A DNA stretch of 64,000 nt from Patescibacteria group bacterium (lineage in GTDB: Bacteria; Patescibacteriota; Patescibacteriia; Magasanikbacterales; GWA2-37-8): positions 64,001 through 128,000 of the forward strand of contig SCQK01000014.1 of the NCBI GenBank assembly GCA_004321885.1, read 5' to 3'. The notes under the pieces are model-generated. The model was given only the letters and a program-made list of their open reading frames with translations. It had not been told where the DNA came from and did not search any database. The position numbers and the translations under genes are program-made. Below, one piece after another: positions 35,453-43,618 of the stretch (the first letter of the stretch is position 1; every line of letters starts with the position of its first letter).

Positions 35453-36746
35453 CATGGGCTATGGCCACCAGCGCGCGGCCCACCCTTTGCGCCACTTGTC
35501 GCCCACGGGCAAGGTGATTACGGCCAACAACTACGCGGGCATTCCGGTCAAAGACCAGAAAATCTGGCAGGATTCCGAGACTTTTTACGGGCATGTTTCG
35601 CGTCTGTCCAATCTGCCGCTTATTGGCCATTGGTTATTCGGCCTGTACGATAAATTGCAAAGCATTGCCGAGTTTTATCCGCGCCGCGATTTGTCCAAAC
35701 CCAATTTTCAGCTCAAACAAATGTACCGGCTGATTGGCAGGGGCTGGGGCAAAGATTTGGTGAATTTTTTGAACACGCGGGATGTGCCGCTTATCACCAC
35801 TTTTTTCTTGGTGGCTTTTTTCGCTGAAGAACACGGCTTCAAAAACGATATTTACTGCGTGCTCTGCGACGCCGACATCAGCCGCGCCTGGGTTGGTTTC
35901 AATCCGCCCAAGAGCAGAATCAAATATCTGGCGCCCTGCCGGCGCGTAGTGGAGAGGCTGAAGCTTTACGGCGTGCCCGAGAAAAATATCTATCTCACAG
36001 GCTTTCCCTTGCCCGAAGAAAATCTGGGCGGCGCCCAGCTGCATTCTCTAAAAAGCGATTTGTCCGAGCGCATTATTAATTTGGATCCCCAAAATCGGTA
36101 TCGCCAAAAATATTTCCAGACCGTGAAGCATTTTTTGAAGGACGCGAACAAGGAAGAGGCGCACAGCCATCCGCTCACCCTCACTTTCGCCGTGGGCGGA
36201 GCCGGCGCGCAGAGAAATCTGGCCAAGGACATTTTGCGCAGCTTAAAGAAAAAATTATTGGATGAAGAAATCAATCTGAATCTGGTCGCCGGCAATCGCA
36301 ACGACGTGTATTTGTATTTCCGCGACCATATCGCCGAGACTGGTTTGGGCAAGTTGGCGGGCCGTAATCTGAATATAATTTTTGATGTCAATAAGGAAGA
36401 TTATTTTACCAAGTTTAACAGTTGTTTGCGCAGTACCGATATTTTGTGGACCAAGCCGAGCGAGCTGGTGTTTTACACGGCCCTGGGATTGCCCATTATT
36501 ATGGCGCCGTCTCTGGGGTCGCAGGAGGTTTTCAACCGCACCTGGCTAAAAACCATCGGCGGGGGCATTTCGCAAAACGAGCCGCGCTACACGCGCGAGT
36601 GGCTGATGGACTGGGTGGATTCGGGCTGGCTGGCCGAAGCGGCCATGGCCGGTTTTCTTGACGGCCGGCAGTTCGGGGTGTACAACATTATGGACGTGGT
36701 TTTTAACGGCGTGAGAGAGCCGGCCAAGAGCTATCAGTTGTTGTAG
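35421..36746 (+). CDS. GT28-family glycosyltransferase (MGDG synthase / UgtP-like)
   Basis: N-terminal VAVDMGYGHQRAAHPL matches the GxGHxxxAxAL motif of MGDG-synthase-type GT28. ATG at 35421 overlaps the upstream gene end. Confidence 0.6.
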   Translation: MSHQAWIVAVDMGYGHQRAAHPLRHLSPTGKVITANNYAGIPVKDQKIWQDSETFYGHVSRLSNLPLIGHWLFGLYDKLQSIAEFYPRRDLSKPNFQLKQMYRLIGRGWGKDLVNFLNTRDVPLITTFFLVAFFAEEHGFKNDIYCVLCDADISRAWVGFNPPKSRIKYLAPCRRVVERLKLYGVPEKNIYLTGFPLPEENLGGAQLHSLKSDLSERIINLDPQNRYRQKYFQTVKHFLKDANKEEAHSHPLTLTFAVGGAGAQRNLAKDILRSLKKKLLDEEINLNLVAGNRNDVYLYFRDHIAETGLGKLAGRNLNIIFDVNKEDYFTKFNSCLRSTDILWTKPSELVFYTALGLPIIMAPSLGSQEVFNRTWLKTIGGGISQNEPRYTREWLMDWVDSGWLAEAAMAGFLDGRQFGVYNIMDVVFNGVREPAKSYQLL

Positions 36747-36813
36747 TCGTCAATAGACCCTCTCCTATTAGGAGAGGGATACAGGGTGGGGTTTGTATTA
36801 AATAATTTTTTGA

Positions 36814-38748
36814 TTGCTTATGCCCATAAGACTTTCGCCGGAAGTCAATATACCAGAGCCGAAAATGGAACAAAAGCCAGTCTCGGAATTATCGCGATTG
36901 CGCCATGAGTTGGATTTTGCGGACAAGATAAAAGGTTTTGAGGCCGGAGTGGAAAGTCCGAATGATGGGCGGATAATGGCCGATGTTTTGGAAAGGCGCG
37001 ATTGGGGGCATTTGTTCAGGGAAGCCAAGAAAGGACGAAGAATACTCACGTTCAAGACGCCAAGCGACGAGGTTTATAATTTAAAGAAAATGAATGACAA
37101 GGTTTTGGGCCCGACCAGGGTTGATGAAATCTTTATTTTTCGGCGTAAATTAATGGATGAAGCGGCAAAGAAAATCGGGGCGAAAGTCGTCATCAATCCG
37201 GTTGTCGCCGATGTCATGATTATAGATGAAGCTCGGAAGAATATAACCGAGGATGAATTAACAGAGATTGCGCGGGAAATTAAAGAGAAAATGACAGCCA
37301 AGATTTTGGCCCTGGCCGAGTCGGCGCAAGAGCCGGGCCGTCGCGAGGCGGCCGCGGCCTTTATAAAAGAATTTAAGAAAAGCGGGTATGAAGTCAGGTT
37401 TGGTGTGGCCGATATTGAAGGCGACGACGAAGCGGCTAAAATTTCGGCTGTCAGCCGGTCTTTGCAAGCGTGTAAAATGGCAGCCGAGGGCGAATTTGGA
37501 AGCGTGTACAATCCGGAAAAAATCCTGCAAACCTTAGAGAGGATTTCGGTTTTAACGGAAGAAATTGATAAAGCGGGCAATGAAATTACCGATGCAAATG
37601 GCTTTTCGTATTACATTATGATACAAGGAAGCATAAACATAGATGTTTTGCGCATGGCGCGCAGTTATTCCTTGAAAGTCAAAAAAGGCGACACAGACGG
37701 GGCAAAACAGCTAAGCCGTATTTTGGAGTATCTCAGCTTGATAAATAATTTGGATAATGTCAAACCCTTTACGATGAAAGAGGTTGACGCGGGCGAGACC
37801 AAAAAACGAATAGCCCGCCATGAAGCGTTGGCAGAGAAAGTTAGAAGCGGCGATCTATCGGATGACGAGAGAGCCGAGGCGGCCAAAAGCATTGAGAGAG
37901 ATGAAAAGGACGGCCGCTTCACCGCCAGGAGCATTTTTCACCAAAGGGCTTCCGCGATGAGCCATTGCCATTACATATTGATAGACGTTCGCGATATCGG
38001 AGTTGAGCAGTTAAAAAAATACGAGAGAAGGACTTTGGCTATCGCCCAGTTGAAAGACGACGCCACCAAAGTTGAGGCGTATGAGCAGGCGTCATTGGAG
38101 GCGGACGATGACACTACGGAAAAATTGCGTCGTTTTAGGGATGTCATCGTGGAGACAGTCAGGGAAAAATTTTCTTTGTCCGAGGCGGAAGAAATTTTGG
38201 GTTTTGTGGGCGGGGACGAGCTTAACTTGGCGATTGACGGCGACAAGTTTGGCCAGGAAAAAGTGGATGAATTGATTTTTGCGATAAAAGCCAGGCTGGC
38301 GGCGGGCGGAGTGGAAGCGAGAATCCAGACAGTTGTTTCACAGGCCGAGAAAGACATTGACAGCGCGAGCGGCCAGGAAGAAAAATTACAGGCTCATTTT
38401 GAATCGCTTAAAATGGCCGAAGAAGGCGCGGATATCGCCAAAGCCGTGGAGGATTTGGAGCGGAAATTGAATTACTATTTAATTAGGGGAGAAGAATATC
38501 CGGAGGAAGGAGTGGCGCCGGAGCGGCTGAAGGACTTTTTGGGCGACTTGAATTGGCTTTTTGAATTTCAAAATAAGAAGTTTAAGTGCGTTGATTTTAA
38601 GGTTGAAGCGCTCGGCGATGAACGGGTCAATATTGTGGGCCGCAAATCGTCTTTGCAATATTCCAAAAAGGAAATTAAGGCAAAATTGGAGAGTTTTATA
38701 ACTCCGAACGATGTGGCAAAGATGCCAAAGGAGCTGAAGATGGCGTAA
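36814..38748 (+). CDS. large uncharacterised protein with C-terminal GGDEF-like palm-domain motifs
   Basis: HYILIDVRDIG...FRDVIVETVRE...ILGFVGGDELNLAI parallels llDiDhFK...GDevL...RyGGDEFavll of nucleotidyl cyclases. Otherwise novel. 644 aa. Confidence 0.55.
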   Translation: MLMPIRLSPEVNIPEPKMEQKPVSELSRLRHELDFADKIKGFEAGVESPNDGRIMADVLERRDWGHLFREAKKGRRILTFKTPSDEVYNLKKMNDKVLGPTRVDEIFIFRRKLMDEAAKKIGAKVVINPVVADVMIIDEARKNITEDELTEIAREIKEKMTAKILALAESAQEPGRREAAAAFIKEFKKSGYEVRFGVADIEGDDEAAKISAVSRSLQACKMAAEGEFGSVYNPEKILQTLERISVLTEEIDKAGNEITDANGFSYYIMIQGSINIDVLRMARSYSLKVKKGDTDGAKQLSRILEYLSLINNLDNVKPFTMKEVDAGETKKRIARHEALAEKVRSGDLSDDERAEAAKSIERDEKDGRFTARSIFHQRASAMSHCHYILIDVRDIGVEQLKKYERRTLAIAQLKDDATKVEAYEQASLEADDDTTEKLRRFRDVIVETVREKFSLSEAEEILGFVGGDELNLAIDGDKFGQEKVDELIFAIKARLAAGGVEARIQTVVSQAEKDIDSASGQEEKLQAHFESLKMAEEGADIAKAVEDLERKLNYYLIRGEEYPEEGVAPERLKDFLGDLNWLFEFQNKKFKCVDFKVEALGDERVNIVGRKSSLQYSKKEIKAKLESFITPNDVAKMPKELKMA

Positions 38749-38870
38749 AATACTTAATACAAAAATAGCCTTGAATTTAGGGCTATTTTTTTGCGTTTAG
38801 TTTATCCACAGGCCAGCCCTTGATTTTTTTTCGGCTTTATGCTATGTTGGTTTGTCCCTATAATGGGGAA

Positions 38871-39260
38871 GAGAGGAGACCCTACGGATGTGTGCTCGGC
38901 GATGGTTTTTTAGAATCGCCGGGCTGAAAGTCCGGCGGGTTGCATGGGACCCGCGTTCGCGGGAACTATGCTTGGAGTTTTGTTGCAGTGAGCTTGGAAA
39001 CGGAGTTTCCAGCCCACTGCTTAGCCGCAAGGTCTGGCACGGGATTTTTGGGGATTTGCGCAAGCTTATCCTCAAGCCAGACCACATAGACACGTATACG
39101 TTGAAGCCAGTGTCTATGAGGCCGTTGGTGCCGGGCAGTTTGGCGCCTGATCCCGGGGGCGAAATGCGAGTGAGACTCGTTTTCGCCGTTGGCCCGGGCG
39201 GGGCGAGCACTGACAGGGCCGGTGCGGAAAACGCGGCCGCGTTAATAGAATGGGAGTGGC
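38871..39260 (+). ncRNA. candidate RNase P RNA (rnpB-like) / structured ncRNA
   Basis: TATAAT at 38859..38864 precedes a ~390-nt GC-rich stretch with no convincing ORF. P4-like motifs GAAAGUCCGG (38926..38935) and GACAGGGCCGG (39212..39222) are ~290 nt apart, as in bacterial RNase P RNA. A P3-like hairpin GGCGAUGGUUUUUUAGAAUCGCC is present. Confidence 0.35.
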
Positions 39261-39466
39261 CGCGTTGGTGGCGCAAGATGCTCTTCTTTTTTAAGGGAGA
39301 AGAGCAAGCCATGAGCTTGACGCCCGTGGATGACGTTGCCGCGGACACAATCGCGGCAAACAAATAAAATTACGCCCGACAGAGCATCAGAGCATCGCCG
39401 GGCGAGCACATCAAGGAGAAAGGAGGAAAACCCGGCAGTTCGTCTGACCGGGTTTCGTATTTTTAC

Positions 39467-39516
39467 TGTCATTCCAGCCCGCCTTTAGTCCCAGCGAAAG
39501 CTGGGATGGAATCCAT
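39467..39516. repeat. family-D palindromic element (TGTCATTCC...GGAATCCATTC) with CCAGC..GCTGGG core
   Basis: Termini shared with the other family-D copies. Confidence 0.55.
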
Positions 39517-39523
39517 TCGCTGG

Positions 39524-40678
39524 TCATTTTTTCTCCTGCCCCAGCCAGTAGGCCGCCAGCAAAGTGGCGATGGGCACGGATAGGGCCACGCCGATACTGC
39601 CCACCAGGGTGCGCACGATTTCCGTGGCAATGGTTTCGTTGTTTATGGCTTGGGCCCAAGAGAGCGGCGGGTCGCGTTGAATATGAAACAGCAGTAAAAC
39701 AGGCAAAGACGCTCCGGCGTAGGTTAAAAACAAAGTATTGACCAAGGCGCCCAAATGCGCGTTGCCGATTTTATAGGCTGATGTAAAAACTTGCGCGGGC
39801 GACAGCGACGGATTCGCGTTTTTTATTTCCCGCACTGCTTCAATTTGCCCCACGATTACATCATCAAGCACGCCGATGGCGCCGATAAGTATGCCGGATA
39901 GTAACAGGCCCTGAAAATTTATGGCGCCCTTGTTCGCGCCGATTAAAAACATGGCCTCTTCCTGCCCCAGGCCGGAAAGCCGCGCCAGTTTCGTGAAAAG
40001 CCAAGACAGAAAAAACGTGGCCGCCAGCGAGAGCAAAACACTGACAATGGCCAGGTGGGATTTTTTATTCCAGCCTTCGTTTAAGTAAATAATGATGGCC
40101 AGCACCGCGAAGGCGCCAAACAAGGCGATGGGCAGGGGACTGACGCCTTTCATGAGCAAGGGCACAATTATTTTGATAATTAAAAAAAAGCTGATGGCCA
40201 AGCCGACCAGGGCCAGCAGGCCTTTTTTCTTGCCCACCAAAAGAACCACGAGCGCGAAAATGAGAGTCAGCCACAACAGGGGAGTCTGGCGCACGTAATC
40301 TACTGCGTAAAAATTTTCCGTGCCATCGCTGCGCTTGACATAATTTACCAAAACCTTGTCGTTGACTTTATAAACTCCGGACGAGAGCACATCCAAATCG
40401 GAAATGCCGCTCACATTAAATTCTTTGTCTTCCCATTTTCCCTCCAGCCCGCGCAGAAGCAGATTTTGTTGGACGGCTTGGCGGCCGTCCGGGCGCGTCG
40501 TTTCTTTTTGTTCCAGTATTTTTATTACTTTGGCTTTGAAAACCGCTTCTGTTTCATTGGCCGCATACGTACCGGCTGGCAGAAACAAAATAAAAAACAG
40601 CGTCAAAATAAAAATAATGAATCGTTTACGTCCCTCCCTTAGGGGGAGGATAGAAGGGGTATGCATGATGTTATACAA
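39524..40678 (-). CDS. YibE/F family membrane protein
   Basis: N-terminal periplasmic domain plus a ~7-TM C-terminal region. The N-terminal codons are repeat-derived (PLREGRK from CCTCCCTAAGGGGGAGG). Confidence 0.7.
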   Translation of the reverse strand: MYNIMHTPSILPLREGRKRFIIFILTLFFILFLPAGTYAANETEAVFKAKVIKILEQKETTRPDGRQAVQQNLLLRGLEGKWEDKEFNVSGISDLDVLSSGVYKVNDKVLVNYVKRSDGTENFYAVDYVRQTPLLWLTLIFALVVLLVGKKKGLLALVGLAISFFLIIKIIVPLLMKGVSPLPIALFGAFAVLAIIIYLNEGWNKKSHLAIVSVLLSLAATFFLSWLFTKLARLSGLGQEEAMFLIGANKGAINFQGLLLSGILIGAIGVLDDVIVGQIEAVREIKNANPSLSPAQVFTSAYKIGNAHLGALVNTLFLTYAGASLPVLLLFHIQRDPPLSWAQAINNETIATEIVRTLVGSIGVALSVPIATLLAAYWLGQEKK

Positions 40679-40679
40679 C

Positions 40680-40712
40680 AGTCATTCCCCCGACTTAGTC
40701 GGGGGAATCCAG
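40680..40712. repeat. family-D element with family-C core (GTCATTCCCCCGACTTAGTCGGGGGAATCCAG)
   Basis: Shows the modular relationship between families C and D. A mirror copy is at 50601..50633. Confidence 0.65.
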
Positions 40713-40719
40713 TCGTCAA

Positions 40720-41358
40720 CTAAAACAATATCGCCGCATGCGGCATTCTCGCTTTCAAAGTCCTAATCGCGCTCTTGGGAATGGGATTGCCGATAAGGTT
40801 CAGCTCGGTCAGATTTTTTAATCCGGCGATGCCGGCGGGAACGGACGTTAATTTGTTGTAAGAAAAATCCAAAATTTGCAGTGATTTAATTTCTAAAATT
40901 TTTGCCGGGATTGAGCGGTAGGTATTTTTGGCCAGAGATAAATGTGTGAGTTTTTTCAGGTTGGCGATTTCATCGGGCATGGTGTCAATTTTGTTTTCGC
41001 CGTAGTTTAGGGTTTCCAGGTTGCCGAGCTGGCCGATTTCGGCCGGGATGCCGGTCATATTATTATTGCTCGCGTCCAAGAATTTCAAATTTTGCAAATG
41101 GCGGATTTCGGCCGGCAAGGCGCCGGTGAGATTGTTGCCGGACAAGTCCAAAATTTCCAGCGCGGTTTTGCTAAAAATATCCATGGGTACTTTGGATAAG
41201 CCGCGCTCGCTAAGGTCAAGCTGGGTCTGGCTTTGCGGTATGCGCGGCGCGAAAGTTTTCAGCGCCCCATCCCGCGATTTGGCAAAGTATAAAATACCGG
41301 CCGCGGCCACAACGAGCAAAGCAATAATCGCTCCAAGCGTTACTTTTTTTTGAGGCAT
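40720..41358 (-). CDS. leucine-rich repeat (LRR) protein, membrane-anchored
   Basis: Repeated LxxLxLxxNxL units (LEILDLSGNNLTG..., LKFLDASNNNMTG...). ATG at 41356-41358. The upstream extension is repeat-encoded (HQNFWCG). Confidence 0.7.
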   Translation of the reverse strand: MPQKKVTLGAIIALLVVAAAGILYFAKSRDGALKTFAPRIPQSQTQLDLSERGLSKVPMDIFSKTALEILDLSGNNLTGALPAEIRHLQNLKFLDASNNNMTGIPAEIGQLGNLETLNYGENKIDTMPDEIANLKKLTHLSLAKNTYRSIPAKILEIKSLQILDFSYNKLTSVPAGIAGLKNLTELNLIGNPIPKSAIRTLKARMPHAAILF

Positions 41359-41370
41359 ATATTTGTGGTT

Positions 41371-41440
41371 CCTCTCCCCTTTACAAGGGGGAGGCTTGTC
41401 ACCACACCAAAAATTTTGGTGTGGTGACAGAGAGGGGGTA
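41371..41440. repeat. composite family-A plus family-B palindromic repeats
   Basis: CCTCTCCCCTTTACAAGGGGGAGG followed by CTTGTCACCACACCAAAAATTTTGGTGTGGTGACAGAG. Confidence 0.7.
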
Positions 41441-41446
41441 ATCCTC

Positions 41447-41695
41447 TCACATTTCAATATCTTTTCTCATTTCCGCGAATTGCGCTTTGGTTATTTCGCC
41501 TTTGACGTATCTCTCTTTGAGAATGGCGAGCGCGTCGGCGCGCGTTGGGCTAGTTCTGGGCGGTTCGTGGTCGCGGCGCTCGCGCGAACCCTGCACCAGT
41601 GAAACAATACCCCATATCAGCGCCATCCAAAAAAGCAGCATAAACACCGGGCCGATAATTCCGTATCCTCCCCAGTTGGTAAATGGGAACATCAT
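41447..41695 (-). CDS. SHOCT domain-containing small membrane protein
   Basis: TM helix plus C-terminal ILKERYVKGEITKAQFAEMRKDI (SHOCT signature). Confidence 0.6.
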   Translation of the reverse strand: MMFPFTNWGGYGIIGPVFMLLFWMALIWGIVSLVQGSRERRDHEPPRTSPTRADALAILKERYVKGEITKAQFAEMRKDIEM

Positions 41696-41701
41696 AAATT
41701 A

Positions 41702-41736
41702 TTGTCATTCCGGTCGCCTGCGGCGGCCGGAATCCA
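41702..41736. repeat. family-D palindromic element (TGTCATTCCGGTCGCCTGCGGCGGCCGGAATCCAG)
   Basis: Near-identical inverted copy at 59098..59132. Confidence 0.7.
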
Positions 41737-41861
41737 GTTAATTAGCTCATTCTATCTTAACAGATTATAATTTTTTGTCCATAATTGACATTTTCGCTAT
41801 TTTTTTCTATAATAGTTGTCATTCCGGACTTGATCCGGAATCCAGCTCCTTTGAAAATAAA

Positions 41862-41905
41862 TTCCGGGGTAGCGCTCCGCCAGCCGGCGGAGGTAGCGCA
41901 GTTGG
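41862..41905 (+). pseudogene. truncated tRNA-Asn-like 5' fragment with 17-nt hairpin insertion
   Basis: UCCGGGGUAGCGC equals tRNA-Asn positions 1-13. Then the hairpin UCCGCCAGCCGGCGGAG. Then GUAGCGCAG, which matches tRNA-Asn 17-25, before the sequence diverges into the GIY-YIG ORF. Confidence 0.5.
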
Positions 41906-42156
41906 CTGTGTATACTGTTTACGCTATTTACAATCAAAAAAACGATAAAATTTATATTGGACAAACAAAAGACATGGCCGAACGATTAAGGTTGCATAAT
42001 GAAAAAATCCTTCTTGGTTATACTTATAGATTTGATGGAAATTGGAAATTAATTTATAGTGTACAGATCGAGAATAGACAAAAAGCTTTACAAAGAGAGA
42101 GACAACTTAAAAGTTTTAGAGGCAGAGAATTTATAAAACAATTTATTCCGGGGTAG
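41902..42156 (+). CDS. small GIY-YIG nuclease family protein (COG2827/YhbQ-like), TTG/GTG start
   Basis: VYTVYAIYNQKNDKIYIGQTKDMAERLRLHNE (GIY-YIG..R..HN) and a downstream Glu (RERQLK). GGAGGT Shine-Dalgarno sits 7 nt before the TTG at 41902. The stop TAG lies inside the first 10 nt of tRNA-Asn. Confidence 0.65.
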   Translation: MAVYTVYAIYNQKNDKIYIGQTKDMAERLRLHNEKILLGYTYRFDGNWKLIYSVQIENRQKALQRERQLKSFRGREFIKQFIPG

Positions 42157-42218
42157 CGCAGCGGTAGCGCAGAGGACTGTTAATCCTTTGGTCGTGGGTT
42201 CGAATCCCACCCCCGGAG
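42147..42218 (+). tRNA. tRNA-Asn(GUU)
   Basis: Acceptor UCCGGGG/CCCCGGA, D-arm GCGC-AGCGGUA-GCGC, anticodon stem GAGGA/UCCUU with loop CUGUUAA, T-arm GUGGG-UUCGAAU-CCCAC, discriminator G. Confidence 0.85.
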
Positions 42219-42220
42219 CA

Positions 42221-42350
42221 AAAACAAAAATACTGGTAATATCCAGTATTTTTGCTTTTGCTCGGAATACACGAAAAAATACGAACGGATTTGGGCGAAT
42301 TTTAGGGCGCGGGCGAAATTCCCTCCCCACACCCCTTCCTTTCGCCCGCG
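42221..42350. repeat. left ~130-bp inverted repeat (includes tRNA terminator hairpin AAAAATACTGGTAATATCCAGTATTTTT)
   Basis: About 88% identical to the reverse complement of 47421..47550. Confidence 0.7.
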
Positions 42351-42528
42351 AAGCGAAACGGGGGCTCTGGTGGACAAAAACTGCCAAAGAACCCGTAAAA
42401 AATGTCGGCCGAACTTTATGTTGGCCAAAAGCAAACTTTTCTCTTTGATATTGAATTACGATTGTTAAAGTGATATAATCAAGTCAATGAGCGTCCCATT
42501 CTTGCTATCTTATGTATACTATCATACT

Positions 42529-42735
42529 ATGGAAGAAAAGAAAACAATCGGCGAAAAAATAAAAAAATGGAGAGCGAAGAAAGATTTGACACAAGACGCC
42601 TTGGCAAAAAAGGCGGATATTCCATATAGCACGATTGCTAAAATTGAATCAGATGTTATTACGAGGCCAACAATACAGACAGTGCAAAAGCTGGCCGTTG
42701 GTTTGGGTATAACACTTGATGAATTATTAAAATAG
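42529..42735 (+). CDS. XRE-family HTH transcriptional regulator (candidate RM controller C-protein)
   Basis: KIKKWRAKKDLTQDALAKKADIPYSTIAKIE is an HTH_XRE. 68 aa. Directly upstream of the MTase. Confidence 0.7.
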   Translation: MEEKKTIGEKIKKWRAKKDLTQDALAKKADIPYSTIAKIESDVITRPTIQTVQKLAVGLGITLDELLK

Positions 42736-42736
42736 T

Positions 42737-43618
42737 ATGGTTAAAGGTCACAAAGTGAAAAATGAAAAAATCGATAAAAAAATAGCTTTTGGTTGGTATG
42801 GCGGTAAGTTTAGTCATCTTGACTGGCTTTTGCCGCTGTTGCCGGAAACCGATCATTTTTGTGAGCCGTTTGGTGGCTCTGCTGCCGTTATCATAAACAG
42901 AAATCCTTCTTTAATCGAAACATATAATGATTTAGATGGCGAGGTAGTTAATTTCTTCAGAGTATTAAGGGAACATCCTAACGATCTTATAAGACAAATT
43001 GGGCTTACTCCATTTTCGAGGGAAGAATTCAAATATGCTATTGAACACGAAGATGATAAAAATCTTTCAGATATTGAGAGGGCTAGGTCTTTTTTTATCC
43101 GCGCAAGGCAGGTTAGGACTGGACTTGCTCAAAAAGCTACTTCTGGTAGATGGGCAAATTGTAAATTAACTTCCAGAGCCGGAATGTCAGGTGCGGTCTC
43201 GAGGTGGTTGGGAAGTGTTGACGGGCTAACAGAGATTGCGGAAAGGCTTTTACGAATACAAATTGAAAATGCTCCTGCAATTGAAGTTGTAAGGCGATAT
43301 GATAGCCCACAGACCTTATTTTACTGTGATCCTCCGTATACACATGATTCTCGAGGTGATATAAATGCCTATAAATTTGAAATGGACAGGGATGCGCATG
43401 TCGAACTGGCCGAAACACTAAAACAGGTTAAGGGGTTAGTCGCTATATCGGGTTACGACTCTCCCCTAATGAACGAGCTGTATCAAGGATGGAAAAAAAT
43501 CGCTGGGCCAGTAAAAAATGCAAATTCTATACAACAACCTAGACAAGAAATTTTATGGGTTAATTATAATATTAATGATAAATCTTTATGGAAAAAGCAG
43601 CAAAGATCCTTGATATAA
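42737..43618 (+). CDS. DNA adenine methyltransferase, Dam/D12-class (N6-adenine)
   Basis: Motif I FCEPFGGSAAV. Motif IV FYCDPPYT (DPPY). Confidence 0.85.
   Translation: MVKGHKVKNEKIDKKIAFGWYGGKFSHLDWLLPLLPETDHFCEPFGGSAAVIINRNPSLIETYNDLDGEVVNFFRVLREHPNDLIRQIGLTPFSREEFKYAIEHEDDKNLSDIERARSFFIRARQVRTGLAQKATSGRWANCKLTSRAGMSGAVSRWLGSVDGLTEIAERLLRIQIENAPAIEVVRRYDSPQTLFYCDPPYTHDSRGDINAYKFEMDRDAHVELAETLKQVKGLVAISGYDSPLMNELYQGWKKIAGPVKNANSIQQPRQEILWVNYNINDKSLWKKQQRSLI

Noticed and set aside
38842-39367. 159-aa (+) and 173-aa (-) overlapping ORFs
   Set aside because: Mutually exclusive frames over a GC-rich promoter-proximal segment with RNase-P-like motifs. No RBS and unnatural amino-acid composition. 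Interpreted as structured ncRNA.
38760-39520. tmRNA (ssrA) as the identity of the structured ncRNA
   Set aside because: No tRNA-like 3' end (GGUUCGAAUCC..ACCA). No plausible tag reading frame ending in ..AA-stop. The UAAUAG near 39260 is in no sensible tag frame.
42088-42448. Three overlapping ORFs (84-99 aa) after the second GIY-YIG gene
   Set aside because: They overlap tRNA-Asn, its terminator and the 130-bp inverted repeat. The same ghost ORF reappears at 47365..47568 on the other repeat copy.
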